DNA from: a bacterium
GTDB lineage: Bacteria; Patescibacteriota; Saccharimonadia; Saccharimonadales; SZUA-47
Assembly (NCBI GenBank): GCA_030427445.1
Contig: JAUIBQ010000002.1
Span: 101-64,100 of the forward strand
Length of the DNA stretch: 64,000 bases
Reading direction: 5' to 3'
A program made the position numbers and the translations under genes. Each line of letters starts with the position of its first letter. Position 1 is the stretch's first letter. Positions 9,079-19,532 of this stretch are shown here, piece by piece. The notes below the pieces were generated by a model. The model saw only the letters and a list, made by a program, of their open reading frames with translations, was not told the origin of the DNA and made no database searches.

Positions 9079-10278
9079 TTAAGATAATCGTTGAACAGCG
9101 ATTTGATATGATGCGTCCAGTATGGTCGTTTGATTGTCTTCAAGGTATTGTTCAACTGACTCACAGGCGGAGGTTAGTTGTGTATGAAGTTTTTCTCGCA
9201 CCTCTTCTTCGGTCCAGTGCTCGTCTTGTTTATTTTGCTGCCACTCGAAGTAGCTCACAATTACTCCACCACTGTTCGCGAGTATCCCCGGTACGATTTC
9301 GACGCCATTTTCAGTCAACTTTTCAGTCGCATTGTATGTTACAGGTCCATTCGCGATTTCTATGATGCCCCTGGCTTTAATACCACCTACATTGTCACTT
9401 GTCACGACATTTTCCATCGCTGCAAGTGCGAGCACATCTACATCACATGAAAGCACTGCATCCACATCGCAAACACTGCTAAAGTCTAAGTCATACTCTT
9501 TGAAGCTACCGCCATCTTTTTTGAACGCAACTAACTCTTCAACATCTAAACCATCCTCTTTAATCAAAGTTGCTGACGAATCACTCACGGCCACAAGTTT
9601 CCACTCTGGTAAATGCTTTTTCATTGCAAGTGCAAAATGTGACCCAGCATTGCCAAACCCCTGCAGAGCGTAGGTTTTGTCTGTAACTTCTAACGCTCCC
9701 GACTTTACAAAAAACTCAGTGACGATCTGTGCACCATCACCGGTCGCTGGTACGCGCCCTTCCGATCCACCATTTTCAATGCTCTTCCCTGTGAACGATG
9801 CTTTAGTAGTGTCGCCAGTCAATTTTGAATACTCATCTGCCATCCAGTCCATGATTTCTGCTCCGGTATTCACATCTGGTGCCGGTACGTCAGTGTCTGG
9901 TCCTAAGTGATCTTTGAGTGCTCGCACATACGCTCGCGATACCTCTTCAAGCTCTGCTTTACTGAGCTTTTTAGGGTTCACCTGCACACCACCCTTGCCA
10001 CCACCCAATGGGATGTCGACAAGCGCTGTTTTGAGACTCATAAGCGTTGAAAGCGCCTTTACTTCGTCCATGTCCAGATCAGGATGAAAGCGTATACCAC
10101 CTTTGTAAGGACCTCGCGAATTATCGTGCTGCATCCGAAACGCACGGTATTCCCCAGAATCTGTCTCGAGCATCACGTCATGCTCAGCATCAAAATCAAT
10201 CACTGTGTTCAGTTTATCCTGACTCAACTCTAATGATTTCCCAGCTCGTTTAATAAGTTCTACTACTGAGTCGTACAT
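9079..10278 (-). CDS. gdhA: Glutamate dehydrogenase (Glu/Leu/Phe/Val dehydrogenase family)
   Basis: Catalytic lysine box IPLGGGKGGV, Rossmann LQGFGNAGSH. Confidence 0.85.
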   Translation of the reverse strand: MYDSVVELIKRAGKSLELSQDKLNTVIDFDAEHDVMLETDSGEYRAFRMQHDNSRGPYKGGIRFHPDLDMDEVKALSTLMSLKTALVDIPLGGGKGGVQVNPKKLSKAELEEVSRAYVRALKDHLGPDTDVPAPDVNTGAEIMDWMADEYSKLTGDTTKASFTGKSIENGGSEGRVPATGDGAQIVTEFFVKSGALEVTDKTYALQGFGNAGSHFALAMKKHLPEWKLVAVSDSSATLIKEDGLDVEELVAFKKDGGSFKEYDLDFSSVCDVDAVLSCDVDVLALAAMENVVTSDNVGGIKARGIIEIANGPVTYNATEKLTENGVEIVPGILANSGGVIVSYFEWQQNKQDEHWTEEEVREKLHTQLTSACESVEQYLEDNQTTILDASYQIAVQRLS

Positions 10279-10394
10279 AATGTCTCCTATTTTGGATACA
10301 AGTATACTCTTTAATCTGTAGAGTTTTGTTAATTTACCTACTTTAAATTAAAGAGAGTATTGATTTTTATTTAATTTTGTGATATTATATATGT

Positions 10395-10835
10395 ATGGCA
10401 GAAAAAATAAACATCCCCGAAGCATACAAACTTGTAAACAAAGAAGATATGACCGCAGAAGAAGTATTAGAAGTACGTAAAAGTACTGGCTGGGGGAACG
10501 GCGGACCAGAAGAAGATGAAACAGCTTGGCTGGAAAATCTAGAAACTTCATTCGTAGCAGTTGGGGCAAGATCAGAAGTCACTGGTGAATTGGTGGGCAT
10601 GGGGTTCATTGTCGGAAATAAAAGACACGGAGTTCTTTGTGATTTTAATGTAAGACCTGAACATCAGGGGAAAGGCATAGGTACGGCAATCTTAGAAGAG
10701 AGGTTGCGAATTGCAGATGAAATAGGGATTCCCTACCTGTATACAAGTCTTGCTGAGACAAACCCTCTCAGGCATAAATATGAAGAACTAGGATTTGTAG
10801 CTACAAACAGCTCGTTCATTAGAACTACTGATTAA
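10395..10835 (+). CDS. GNAT family N-acetyltransferase
   Basis: RPEHQGKGIGTAILEE (acetyl-CoA binding Q/RxxGxG/A motif), ~146 aa. Confidence 0.55.
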   Translation: MAEKINIPEAYKLVNKEDMTAEEVLEVRKSTGWGNGGPEEDETAWLENLETSFVAVGARSEVTGELVGMGFIVGNKRHGVLCDFNVRPEHQGKGIGTAILEERLRIADEIGIPYLYTSLAETNPLRHKYEELGFVATNSSFIRTTD

Positions 10836-10839
10836 ATTT

Positions 10840-12498
10840 TTACATCTGTTCAGGGGCGTGGATGCCAAGAAGGCCTAAACCTTTTTTCAGTGTCTTGTTA
10901 TACGAAAGAACGAGTTGTACACGAGCTTTCTGCTCTTCTCCACCGACCAACACCTTTTCCTTTTCATAAAACCGATTAAACTCTTGCGCTAGTTCATAAA
11001 GGTACGTACAGATTTTATTCGGTTGCAGCTCTTTCACGGCCTGCTCAAACACCGACTGGAACTGGCCTAGTTTACGTGCCAATAAACGCTCATTGTCGTT
11101 AAACTCATACCCCGCTAGGCTACTTGGCGTGCCTTCAGTACTGCGCAATATTGATGCTGAGCGTGCGTACGCATACTGTAGATACGGCCCAGAATTCCCT
11201 TTAGTGCTCACTGAACTCTCGATATCAAACGCGATATCGCCACCCACGGCATATTTATTAAACTCATACTTGATTGCGCCGAGTGCAATCTCCCGCACGA
11301 GCTCACTGTCACCTTCTGTAATTTGCGCTGTCACCGCATCGACAACATCGATTGCTCGCGCGACATTACCAAGTCGTGAGGACATCTTGCTACCATCGGC
11401 AAATTTTACGATTCCATGTACTAGATGAGTCATTTTGTCTCTCATACCAGGTCGTAATTCGTCCATTGCAGCCCATACGACTTTCATATAATCACGCTGA
11501 TCAGAGCCAGTCATAAGGACGCGGTGATCAAAGCTGTATGCCTCATTTTCGAGCAAAATCACTCCCAAGTCTTTTGCTTCGTATGTCGGCAATCCTTCGC
11601 GTGTCATAAATACACGAGTATGTAGATCAACTTTTTCGCCCTCGTAAACCACTGCACCATCAGACTCAGTAAATACTCCTTGACTCAAGCCTTCCTCTAC
11701 AACTGCTACTCCAGTTTCCTCAGTCGTGCTTTCAGGGTAATATACGTCAAAAGGCGCGACGTCGATGAGCTCGTAGAAATACTTAAAGTACTCCGTACCC
11801 CACTCACGGCATGCAAAGTACACACGAGCTTCATCAGAATCCGTATCTTCACCTTTATTAAATCCATAGATTCTCTTGTTTAGTGCTCTAATATCATCTT
11901 TTGCTGTATCATCATCTTCATACGCTTTACTGCCTGCAACGTAATGACTCGTGATAAACTCCGCTTTTTTCTGTGGATTTTGCTCTTCTGTAGCACTGTT
12001 GTAGCCATCTGTGTCCTGGAGGATTGACCACATTGCTTTGGCTACATGTAGCCCTACATCACCACCAAATGACGCACGAGTGACGCTTGCTCCTGCGGCT
12101 TGTAGCATCCGCGATAGTGAGTCACCAACGACCGTCTGATACAAGTGTCCTGTGTGAAGTTCCTTAAACCAGTTTGGGCATGAGTACTCGACAACATATG
12201 TCTTTCCTTCAAGCGGTTTAGTAAGCTCTAAGCTCATGTCACTCACAAGCTGCTCGTCGGTTAACGTGATGTTGATAAACCCTGGCCCTGCGATGTCGAC
12301 GTGCTTTACGGCGTCGACACTATTTAGTTGTTCACAAATAACCTCAGCGACTTCTCGAGGATTTTTCTGGAGTCTTCCAGCAAGCTGCATCGCGACATTT
12401 GTACTCACATCACCAAACTGCGGCTCAGGGACTTCAGTCATCACCTCAACCTCAACATCAAAAAATCTTTTAACTATTTCTTTAATTTCTTTATCCAT
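10840..12498 (-). CDS. argS: Arginine--tRNA ligase
   Basis: SCPNWFKELHTGHL (class I HIGH variant typical of ArgS), DALR-type C-terminal domain ending ...M. Confidence 0.8.
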   Translation of the reverse strand: MDKEIKEIVKRFFDVEVEVMTEVPEPQFGDVSTNVAMQLAGRLQKNPREVAEVICEQLNSVDAVKHVDIAGPGFINITLTDEQLVSDMSLELTKPLEGKTYVVEYSCPNWFKELHTGHLYQTVVGDSLSRMLQAAGASVTRASFGGDVGLHVAKAMWSILQDTDGYNSATEEQNPQKKAEFITSHYVAGSKAYEDDDTAKDDIRALNKRIYGFNKGEDTDSDEARVYFACREWGTEYFKYFYELIDVAPFDVYYPESTTEETGVAVVEEGLSQGVFTESDGAVVYEGEKVDLHTRVFMTREGLPTYEAKDLGVILLENEAYSFDHRVLMTGSDQRDYMKVVWAAMDELRPGMRDKMTHLVHGIVKFADGSKMSSRLGNVARAIDVVDAVTAQITEGDSELVREIALGAIKYEFNKYAVGGDIAFDIESSVSTKGNSGPYLQYAYARSASILRSTEGTPSSLAGYEFNDNERLLARKLGQFQSVFEQAVKELQPNKICTYLYELAQEFNRFYEKEKVLVGGEEQKARVQLVLSYNKTLKKGLGLLGIHAPEQM

Positions 12499-13765
12499 CT
12501 AGGCCCCTATTATACGTCATAGCCTTACTGTGAGCAGTTTTTTGAGCAAGAGTATGAAACTCCGTAAACCCAGCTGCTGCATTTTGGTTAAATATATTTT
12601 CTTTATTAAATGTGGCAGCTTCTTTGTCAAACAATGTAAACTCTGATTCTATAGACACTATCGTGACACTACCCTTATGTAACTTAACTGTCACTAAACC
12701 GTTAACCTTTTTATTTTGATTTTCTATGTATGAGTTTAAGTTACCAACGATTGGGTCATACCACTGCGCAGCATATGTTAGATACGCCCATTTATTGTCG
12801 ACGATCAACTTAAACTCGTTTTCTTGCCTTGTGCTTACTATCATTTCTAGTTTTTTATGTGCTGAAATTAATATAGTCGCTGCCGGGTTCTCGTAGATAC
12901 CTCTAACTTTCATGCCTATTAGTCTATCTTCTATAAGCTGAGCGACACCAACACCGTGCGAAGAACCGACTGCATTCAGCTCGTCAATCATAGTGCTTAG
13001 TTTATATTTTTTACCACCGAGGGAAACTGGCACCCCTTCATGAAAACCAATTGTTATATAGTGCGGCTTCTCAGGCGTGTCTTCAAGCTGAGAACTCCAC
13101 AATAGTACATTTTTCAAGTTGACTGTCTGAGTTGGATCTTCAATCTCACCTCCTTCACATGTATTTCCCCATAGGTTTTCATCATAGCTATATGGCGATT
13201 CTACGGTCTGCTTTACAGGGATGTCGTGGTCTATAGCATATTGAATCTCTTCATCACGCCCCATAGACCACTCTCTAACTGGCGCGATAATTTTTAGGTT
13301 CGAATCGAGCGTTGTTATATAACTTTCAAAACGAACTTGGTCATTGCCTTTGCCAGTCGCTCCGTGTGCGATGACACCACAACCAAGTTCATTTGCTACA
13401 TCCACTGCAATCTCACTAATCATGATTCTTCCTAGTGGTGTACTCAGTGCATAACCTCCTTGATAATCTGCATTTGCTTTTATAGCTTTACCCAGTAGCT
13501 TATCAGCAAAATCATCTTTAGCATCAACGACAATAGCCTTTTTAGCACCCAGCTTTAGGGCTTTTTGTTTTATAGCATTAATATCGTCAAAACTTTGCCC
13601 TAAGTCTACTGTCAAGGTGATGACATGGCATTGATATTCTTCCTTAATCCACTTGATCATTACACTCGTATCAAGCCCACCTGAATAGAGCAAAAGACAT
13701 GTGTCAAACTCTCCTTTTTTTGCTTCATACGAAGCTACTTTTAGATACTTTGATTTACTTTTCAT
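12491..13765 (-). CDS. argG: Argininosuccinate synthase
   Basis: LLYSGGLDTSVMIKWIKEEYQCHVITLTVDLGQ N-terminal PP-loop signature of ArgG; ~424 aa. Confidence 0.85.
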   Translation of the reverse strand: MKSKSKYLKVASYEAKKGEFDTCLLLYSGGLDTSVMIKWIKEEYQCHVITLTVDLGQSFDDINAIKQKALKLGAKKAIVVDAKDDFADKLLGKAIKANADYQGGYALSTPLGRIMISEIAVDVANELGCGVIAHGATGKGNDQVRFESYITTLDSNLKIIAPVREWSMGRDEEIQYAIDHDIPVKQTVESPYSYDENLWGNTCEGGEIEDPTQTVNLKNVLLWSSQLEDTPEKPHYITIGFHEGVPVSLGGKKYKLSTMIDELNAVGSSHGVGVAQLIEDRLIGMKVRGIYENPAATILISAHKKLEMIVSTRQENEFKLIVDNKWAYLTYAAQWYDPIVGNLNSYIENQNKKVNGLVTVKLHKGSVTIVSIESEFTLFDKEAATFNKENIFNQNAAAGFTEFHTLAQKTAHSKAMTYNRGLDG

Positions 13766-14955
13766 AGTTGTTCCTTAATTGTTTGCTTAATTTGTATATA
13801 TGCATCTCTAAACGTGGCTCCTTCGCTAACTAGATCATTTACGTTACCGGTAGCGTAGAGGTTTGGAGACATGGCGTTTTTCATATTCGGTTTATTTATT
13901 TTTAGGTTTTTTACTGTCTTGTCCCACATTTTAATCGTGGCAAGAACAATCTCACACGCTTCCACGAATGGTTTTTTAGTCAACTGCAAGTCTCTCTGAT
14001 ATCCAGAAGTTCGCTTAGCGATTATTCCATTAATCTGGGTACTATATCCCCAAAATATGCTTTGATTACCCCGCATAATTTCGTACACATCGTAATTTCG
14101 CTTCTGTGGCATGATCGATGATCCTGTCGTAAACTCGTCAGGCAACGATACGAATTCAAATTCTTCCATTGTAAAAAGTAAGTTATCGCTAGCCCATTGA
14201 GAGGCAAGTACCATGTACGGATACAGTTGCGAAAGCACCATAGACTCATACAATCCTCTGCTCATTGAGCAATGCATTGGATTCTTCTGAACACGTTTAA
14301 AACCAAGAACCTTTGATGTATGTTTCTGGTCTGGCTTTATTTTCTGTCCTACGAAGCCGTATCCTGCACCCGAGCCGAGTGGGTTCTGGTCTAAGACAGC
14401 TTCTACATTCGAAGAAAGTCTTATGTCTACTAATGCATCTGCAAACGATTCTATCCAGGTATCGACAGTAGTTGGCATGGCTTTCTGCATATGAGTGTAA
14501 CCAGGCATGTGCGTGCCCCTATGCCTACTACTTACTGTACTCAAGCTCTTTTGAAGTATTTGAACTTGGGTATCAATCTCTTTGAGTATATCAATCGCAA
14601 ATAGACGCAACATCACAAGTGCTTGATCGTTTCTACTTCTCAGAAAATGTACTTTTTTACCTGGATCTCCACATATTTTAATAAGCTCTGCTTCGATATA
14701 ACTGTGCCCATCCTCGTATTTGTTTGGTATGGCAAAACCCTGCTTTGAACATCGTAACTTCAAAATTTTTATAGCGTTTTGTACTAGGCTGTGTTCCTCG
14801 ATATCAAGGATACCAACAGAATGCAACATACTCACATGAGCACTAGTTGCCATCAAATCGTAATTCATGAGCTTTGCGTCAATTTGTAAATCTTGCCCTA
14901 TTGTGTACTCGTTGACATGCGAATCAACTTCATAGTCTCCCCAAATTTTCTTCAT
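13762..14955 (-). CDS. argH: Argininosuccinate lyase
   Basis: Fumarate-lyase signature TTGSSIMPQKRNYD; N-terminal ArgH-like region; overlaps argG by 4 nt. Confidence 0.8.
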   Translation of the reverse strand: MKKIWGDYEVDSHVNEYTIGQDLQIDAKLMNYDLMATSAHVSMLHSVGILDIEEHSLVQNAIKILKLRCSKQGFAIPNKYEDGHSYIEAELIKICGDPGKKVHFLRSRNDQALVMLRLFAIDILKEIDTQVQILQKSLSTVSSRHRGTHMPGYTHMQKAMPTTVDTWIESFADALVDIRLSSNVEAVLDQNPLGSGAGYGFVGQKIKPDQKHTSKVLGFKRVQKNPMHCSMSRGLYESMVLSQLYPYMVLASQWASDNLLFTMEEFEFVSLPDEFTTGSSIMPQKRNYDVYEIMRGNQSIFWGYSTQINGIIAKRTSGYQRDLQLTKKPFVEACEIVLATIKMWDKTVKNLKINKPNMKNAMSPNLYATGNVNDLVSEGATFRDAYIQIKQTIKEQL

Positions 14956-15127
14956 ATTATTCTTCCAAATTAAAAACGCTCCCGTGTCTGGGAGCGATGT
15001 AAGAACGTCTATTTTTATTTAATTAAATACGAGCATCACTCCCGGAGATACGTGAGCTACGACGTGAAAGAAAAGTAAATTGCTTTTTCATAAGTTTTAT
15101 TAAATCACTTCTATAATAATACGTCAA

Positions 15128-15799
15128 TTAAAATAATCGCGAGCGCGAACCAGATGAAACAGCTGGAAGAACCTGAGAGCGAAACTCTTCGATTGACTCT
15201 TCGATGCTTTGCTGAGAACCGGCAGTCGTATCGTAAATAACGAACGGATGATACACAGCTAATCCGCACATCGCGAATGTCGAATGCAGCAAAGAATACA
15301 AATGTTGTTCCACGCTTGCATGATGTTGACCCTGGGGCGAGTAGAAGCTCTCTGGATCACCAGTTGAAGTGACACAGAGGATTGATTTGCCTTTAAGTAA
15401 CCCTTCTTGGTACCGAGCACGGCTGTCCCATGCGACACCCATCGCAAATGTCCGGTCGATCCAGCCCTTAAGTACAGCCGGCACACTTCCCCACCACAGT
15501 GGAAAATGCAAAATTATGACGTCCGACGCCTGAACTTTCTCAATCTCTTTTTCAATGTCTGGACTAAAGCCGCCAGGTGTATTTGATGCACGCTGTTGTT
15601 CAAGCATGTAGTTTACATGGCTCGTTGCGCGAGTTGAGAAATCTGTGGCAGTTGCCGTCGGATGGAACTCTGTAGCAAACAAATCACTCAGCATAACCTC
15701 TGACCCTTCTTCACGCTGCAGCACACCCAACGTTGTATTAAACAACGCTGCCGTCAAAGACTTCGGGTCGTCGTGAGCAGAGACTACAAGATACTTCAT
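15128..15799 (-). CDS. Flavodoxin-like fold NAD(P)H dehydrogenase (quinone) family protein
   Basis: ILHFPLWWGSVPAVLKGWIDR matches Flavodoxin_2 family core. Confidence 0.65.
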   Translation of the reverse strand: MKYLVVSAHDDPKSLTAALFNTTLGVLQREEGSEVMLSDLFATEFHPTATATDFSTRATSHVNYMLEQQRASNTPGGFSPDIEKEIEKVQASDVIILHFPLWWGSVPAVLKGWIDRTFAMGVAWDSRARYQEGLLKGKSILCVTSTGDPESFYSPQGQHHASVEQHLYSLLHSTFAMCGLAVYHPFVIYDTTAGSQQSIEESIEEFRSQVLPAVSSGSRSRLF

Positions 15800-15820
15800 A
15801 TGCTTATATTCTACATCGTT

Positions 15821-16276
15821 TTACTGGTGATGGTAAGGGTGACCCTGCAAAATTGCTTGTGAACGATAGAGCTGTTCAGCTAAAACAATCCTCACGATTT
15901 TATGAGGAAACACTAAGCCTGAGAGTGACAGCACCTTATCAGCACGCGCCTGGACTCGCTCATCAACTCCGTATGCCCCACCTATGACAAGCACTACGTC
16001 TTGGTTGGTTGACTCTGGGCTCAGCATCTCAGCTAACTGCATATTGTTTACAGATTTCCCTCGCTCATCCAGTAACACGACAAATTCGTTATCAGAAATG
16101 TACTCAAGTAATTTACTTGATTCGTCTTGCTTCGCTTTTTGTACATCGCCGGGCTGATGCGGAACGAATTTCCACTCCAATATCCACGGCTTTTGGATTC
16201 GTTTTGCGTATTCATCAATTAGCTCAAGCTCAGCGCCACGGGGTTTTTTACCGACAGATAAAATCGTAATTTTCAT
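15821..16276 (-). CDS. rlmH: 23S rRNA (pseudouridine1915-N3)-methyltransferase RlmH
   Basis: SPOUT fold, MKITILSVGKK..., LLDERGK, LVIGGAYG; ~151 aa. Confidence 0.8.
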   Translation of the reverse strand: MKITILSVGKKPRGAELELIDEYAKRIQKPWILEWKFVPHQPGDVQKAKQDESSKLLEYISDNEFVVLLDERGKSVNNMQLAEMLSPESTNQDVVLVIGGAYGVDERVQARADKVLSLSGLVFPHKIVRIVLAEQLYRSQAILQGHPYHHQ

Positions 16277-16480
16277 GCTGACATTAAAGCATTTTTACAG
16301 CTCGATAGCTATAAACTATATCTGTTAGACGTTGTAAAATTAGCACTCTACCATAACGCTTGCTAATTTATCTAACCTGCGTTATAGTGTTACGTGCTCG
16401 CTTGACATTAAGTCTGAAGAATCAAAGAGTGGCGAGCCAACAACATTCAATTTGTACAACTAATCGGAGGGAATCAATTT

Positions 16481-16921
16481 ATGTATTCAGCTGCAGTTAA
16501 TGCACACATCCGTGAACTAATCGTTCAGGCGATGGAGTATCGAGATCAAGGCCAGTGGACAAAGCTTGAACAGCTTTTCACTGAGTCACCTTATATTGAT
16601 GAGGAAATGTTCAACAACGAAAAACCAGGTAAAAAACCAGCAACAAATGTCACCTATGGATGGCGACGTTTGATACGTGATTTTTACTACTCAGCGAAGC
16701 ATACGCTCGGACGTATGGACGTCGAACGAACTGGTAAAAAAGAGGTTCAGGCTGAGAGTGAGATCGAAGCTCGTTACTACTCAATGAAAGATGGCCAGCG
16801 CCAAGTTCACACCATGAAAGGTGTGTATGAGTATCAGTTCCGAAAAGTAGCTGGACGATGGAAAATCGACAGTCTTAAGCTCAAGGTACTAGACCAAACC
16901 ACTGCTCCAGTCGGGGCCTAA
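16481..16921 (+). CDS. Hypothetical protein (possibly NTF2/SnoaL-like fold)
   Basis: No clear motif; RBS ggaggg upstream of ATG. Confidence 0.3.
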   Translation: MYSAAVNAHIRELIVQAMEYRDQGQWTKLEQLFTESPYIDEEMFNNEKPGKKPATNVTYGWRRLIRDFYYSAKHTLGRMDVERTGKKEVQAESEIEARYYSMKDGQRQVHTMKGVYEYQFRKVAGRWKIDSLKLKVLDQTTAPVGA

Positions 16922-16933
16922 AACACGAAAACG

Positions 16934-17575
16934 TTACGCCAAATACGTTTCGATCGTGTTTCGTAGTTCGGGCACCGAGCTGACTACTGCGTCAGCCGGT
17001 GTTCTTTCGAATGCTTCATTGCCACCCAATCCCCAAGTGACGCCTACCACGGTGACACCTGCTTTTCTGCATGCACTTACATCACGTGATTCATCACCTA
17101 CGTATAAGATGTCTCTTGCTTCAAGATTGTGTTGTTTCTCAATCTTTTTAAACGCTTTATGTTTCGCAAACAGTGATCGCTCAGACACGATAAAGTTTAG
17201 TCCTGCTACCTGATGTTCGCTCAGTATTTTTTCAACGACTGTGCTGTCGTTTGACGTCAGAATACCAACTTGATAGCCGCTATCCACAAGTTGCTGCAAC
17301 ATCGAGGCGATACCAGGATAAAGCACGACTTTGCGACGCCGCTTTTTTAGCTCTTTTGTACCCGCCCTTATGATTAACGGCAGCATAAACTTTCTAATAT
17401 TTGCTCGCTTGAATAGCTGTGAGTATGTCATCTTCCTTAGCTCCGGGAGGTCCGTGACATCCACAGGGTTCATGCGGTAGCGTGGCGCTATCGCATTATA
17501 GCTCTCTATCAGAACTGCTAGCGAGTCTGCAAGTGTCCCGTCAAAATCAAAGATAACTGCTTTTTTCTTCTGCAT
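16934..17575 (-). CDS. HAD-superfamily hydrolase (phosphatase)
   Basis: Motif I AVIFDFDGTLADS, motif IV YVGDESRD. Confidence 0.75.
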   Translation of the reverse strand: MQKKKAVIFDFDGTLADSLAVLIESYNAIAPRYRMNPVDVTDLPELRKMTYSQLFKRANIRKFMLPLIIRAGTKELKKRRRKVVLYPGIASMLQQLVDSGYQVGILTSNDSTVVEKILSEHQVAGLNFIVSERSLFAKHKAFKKIEKQHNLEARDILYVGDESRDVSACRKAGVTVVGVTWGLGGNEAFERTPADAVVSSVPELRNTIETYLA

Positions 17576-18148
17576 CTACACTTCATTGTACCTGAAACAG
17601 TCAGTCGTATGGTCATTCACTAAGCCCGTCGCCTGCATGTGCGCGTACATGATAGTGCTACCAACAAAGCTCATCCCTCGCTTTTTGAGGTCTTTTGATA
17701 ATGCATCTGACTCAGGAGTGGTAACAGGTACGTCACTTAACGAATTCCAACTATTTCTTAATGGCTTACCACCGACAAACGACCAGATATACTCGCAAAA
17801 CGAACCAAATTCTTCCTGTATCTCGATAAACGCTCGTGCATTTTTTACTGCAGCATGCACCTTCAGCTTGTTGCGTATAATTCCTGGGTATAGTAGTGCT
17901 TGTTCGATATCTTCCTCTGTCATCGCTGCGACCTTCTCAACATCAAAATCATGAAATACCTCACGGTAGCCTTCCCTACGCTTGAGGATAGTTATCCAGC
18001 TTAATCCAGCCTGTGCGGACTCCAGTGTCAAGAACTCAAACATTTTTCGGTCATCAAAATCCGGAGGTCGACCTACTGGCACGCCCCACTCTTCATCGTG
18101 GTATGCGATGTATACCGGGTCATCGCTCACCCACCCACATCTACGCAT
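17576..18148 (-). CDS. tag: DNA-3-methyladenine glycosylase I
   Basis: RCGWVSDDPVYIAYHDEEWGVPV is the hallmark Tag N-terminus. Confidence 0.85.
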   Translation of the reverse strand: MRRCGWVSDDPVYIAYHDEEWGVPVGRPPDFDDRKMFEFLTLESAQAGLSWITILKRREGYREVFHDFDVEKVAAMTEEDIEQALLYPGIIRNKLKVHAAVKNARAFIEIQEEFGSFCEYIWSFVGGKPLRNSWNSLSDVPVTTPESDALSKDLKKRGMSFVGSTIMYAHMQATGLVNDHTTDCFRYNEV

Positions 18149-18710
18149 CTATCCCCCATTTGCTTAAAAACCGAGAGAGTTCTTTAGGACTACGAACTAT
18201 GACGGTTTTGTCCAACACTCCGTATCTTTCTAGTTTTTTTCGTGCGTGATTCCGCCCAGACTTGAAGTAAACCTTAAGGTTTGCATAAAGCAAAGATTTT
18301 GACGGACGGAAGAAAAAATTAACCAAACTTTCTTGATTATCATTAAAGATTTTTTCTTTTAGAAAAACTCTTCTAAACGTACGCCTCAGCATTCTTGAGA
18401 AAGCTACTCTGATAGGGTAATTCAGATAAATTATCACATCTGCTGCTCTGACCGTCATGCCGTCAAGTTTGGTAATATATGCTCCGCAAAGTATCCAAGA
18501 GTCTTGTTTTATAGTCTCGGCCACCTCTGCAGAAAACGTTTCTGTGTCTTTAATCTCCCAATTCTTGCCTATGTATATTGAATCCATTTCATAATGAGTA
18601 ATTCCAAGTTCATCGGATAGTTTTCTTGCCAATGTCGTTTTCCCACTGCCTGAAAGACCAACTATTTGTATCTTATTAAAACTGCTCAAATCCTCAGGAG
18701 TTTTCATCAT
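18141..18710 (-). CDS. P-loop NTPase, adenylate-kinase-like / topology-modulation-like protein
   Basis: Walker A IVGLSGSGKTTLARKL; no further assignment. Confidence 0.45.
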   Translation of the reverse strand: MMKTPEDLSSFNKIQIVGLSGSGKTTLARKLSDELGITHYEMDSIYIGKNWEIKDTETFSAEVAETIKQDSWILCGAYITKLDGMTVRAADVIIYLNYPIRVAFSRMLRRTFRRVFLKEKIFNDNQESLVNFFFRPSKSLLYANLKVYFKSGRNHARKKLERYGVLDKTVIVRSPKELSRFLSKWGIDA

Positions 18711-18979
18711 AGCAAGGTTATCATTCGACTTTTACGGTCGTGTTTGATGGCATTTCTTGCCTCAAGATCTAATTTCAAACTCATCGTGTACCACCCGATT
18801 TTACCATCAAACTCTGATTCAAGCCTACTCATGTGCTCGAATAAATCTGTAGGAGTTAACGGCTGATGGTCTTTGATGATTTTAAGCACTTTTTCTCTGA
18901 TAAACTCGTACTTATCCTTATCAATATTTACACCCTTTTTCGTCGGGTCGGGATGAAGCGTTTGAACCTTTTCACTCAT
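18707..18979 (-). CDS. Hypothetical protein
   Basis: Coupled (4-nt overlaps) within 18141-19419 operon. Confidence 0.35.
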   Translation of the reverse strand: MSEKVQTLHPDPTKKGVNIDKDKYEFIREKVLKIIKDHQPLTPTDLFEHMSRLESEFDGKIGWYTMSLKLDLEARNAIKHDRKSRMITLL

Positions 18980-19419
18980 TTCTTATCTTTTGCTCCTACG
19001 AGTCCAGGATTTTTTGCAGCGGCCTTCAGTACTTCTTTGACAACGTCGATGTTAAGATCTTCAAGTTTCTTAAAACGAATACAGCTCTTCCCGACGCTTA
19101 CTTTCCCTAAATCTTTCTCGTAGACTTCAGCGATGTATTTGTCGCCGTGCTCTGGATGGATAGCGCAGACATACAAACTCACATAGTTTTTCTGGCTTGC
19201 TAGTGCGATAATTGGCCATTCATTTTCCTGTTTCTTGTAATCGATGTACTTGAACTTTCCATAGCCAAGCATGTTATACGCAAACCACCGCTCCATATAT
19301 GGCACGGTATCTTTAATCAACTTGTCTAAAACTTCTATAATCTCACGTCGCTCTTCATTGAGCATGGCGATGTATTCTTGCTCATCTTTTGCACCAACTG
19401 GCTTGAACATATTCATCAC
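18976..19419 (-). CDS. Hypothetical protein (DUF1801/YdhG-like size and composition)
   Basis: No strong motif. Confidence 0.3.
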   Translation of the reverse strand: MMNMFKPVGAKDEQEYIAMLNEERREIIEVLDKLIKDTVPYMERWFAYNMLGYGKFKYIDYKKQENEWPIIALASQKNYVSLYVCAIHPEHGDKYIAEVYEKDLGKVSVGKSCIRFKKLEDLNIDVVKEVLKAAAKNPGLVGAKDKK

Positions 19420-19532
19420 GTTACAACTTTTCTAAGGCTTATTTTTATAAAAACAATGCTTTCTTTTATATCATCTACGCACAATTTCAAGCGACAAATC
19501 ATGTTAGAAGCTGTAACGGGATTCATTTATGA

